Positions 5,132 through 5,332 of a stretch of DNA of 5,332 bases are shown one piece after another. The DNA is taken from the NCBI GenBank assembly GCA_048772705.1, contig JBLWGC010000207.1, positions 1 to 5,332 on the forward strand. The letters are read 5' to 3'. The notes under the pieces were generated by a model. It did no database searches, had not been told where the DNA came from, and saw only the letters and a list, made by a program, of their open reading frames with translations. Source of the stretch: Leidyana gryllorum EB-2025a. Lineage: Eukaryota > Protista > Apicomplexa. The position numbers were made by a program, and so were the translations under genes. Within the stretch, counting starts at the first letter, position 1; each line of letters opens with the position of its first letter.

Positions 5132-5204
5132 TGGACGACCTGGGCATCGATCCCAGTACCTCTCGCATGCTAAGCGAGCGCTCTACCATTTGAGCTAGTC
5201 GCCC
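5132..5204 (-). tRNA. trnA-AGC: tRNA-Ala(AGC), intact
   Basis: GGGCGAC/GTCGTCC+A with G3.U70. CTCGC-TTAGCAT-GCGAG. CTGGG-ATCGATG-CCCAG. Confidence 0.96.
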
Positions 5205-5332
5205 GTTGTGCAGATTCCATCGATTTTTTTGTTCTAAACATCGTATGACCACTCTCTCGCCTGTACTCAGCGGGTTGCTCGACCGACAGCCGGCTGTTTG
5301 GTCTAGTGGTATGATTCTTCCTTCGGGTGGAA
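5205..5332 (+). repeat. Direct copy of 1546-1674 (Pro upstream flank and Pro 5' half)
   Basis: GTTGTGCAGA...GTATGACCACTCTCTC...CTGTACTCAGCGGGTTGC...CGACCGACAG is shared. Confidence 0.92.
5292..5332 (+). tRNA. trnP-CGG: tRNA-Pro(CGG), truncated by window end
   Basis: Identical to 1634-1674. Confidence 0.85.

Larger units (their letters stand above)
4945..5204 (+). repeat. Direct copy of the convergent Asn/Ala module at 2288-2559
   Basis: Shared spacer blocks GGCACTT(G/A)TGGTCT, GACCCTTCAAAG and CCGTACG. Confidence 0.88.

Noticed and set aside
350-5252. ORFs in the supplied six-frame track
   Set aside because: They are short, overlap tRNA genes or their remnants, and contain tRNA-derived pseudo-peptides (PGIEPGS, GFEPT, GSNP). 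No recognisable protein. Only the inverted-repeat part of 2592-2909 is kept as a hypothesis.
1-5332. CRISPR array, or a bacterial/phage tRNA operon
   Set aside because: No regular repeat-spacer period. Mixed strands, no encoded CCA, multiple A34 anticodons and a eukaryotic initiator tRNA.

Overview
No credible protein-coding gene. The window is a very dense eukaryotic nuclear-type tRNA gene cluster: about 33 tRNA genes, pseudogenes and fragments on both strands, from 15 amino-acid families. Eukaryotic hallmarks are no encoded CCA, A34 anticodons (AAG, AAC, AGC, AGT, AGG) and an initiator tRNA with A54/A60. About a third of the copies are intact or nearly so; the rest are in various states of decay. 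The cluster is built from duplicated and inverted multi-tRNA modules (Leu-Ala-Asn, Asn-Ala x3, Val-Asp x2, Pro plus flank x2). Top observation: an otherwise perfect tRNA-Glu body (2110-2182, minus) whose anticodon arm has been inverted in place between GGAT/ATCC repeats, so it now reads GAA (Phe). Two other Glu copies in the window keep the ancestral orientation. Also notable: a 157-bp ungapped inverted repeat with codon-like divergence, several anticodon switches, many template-switch-like local inverted repeats, and almost no oligo-dT Pol III terminators. All calls come from manual folding and alignment; no database searches were run.
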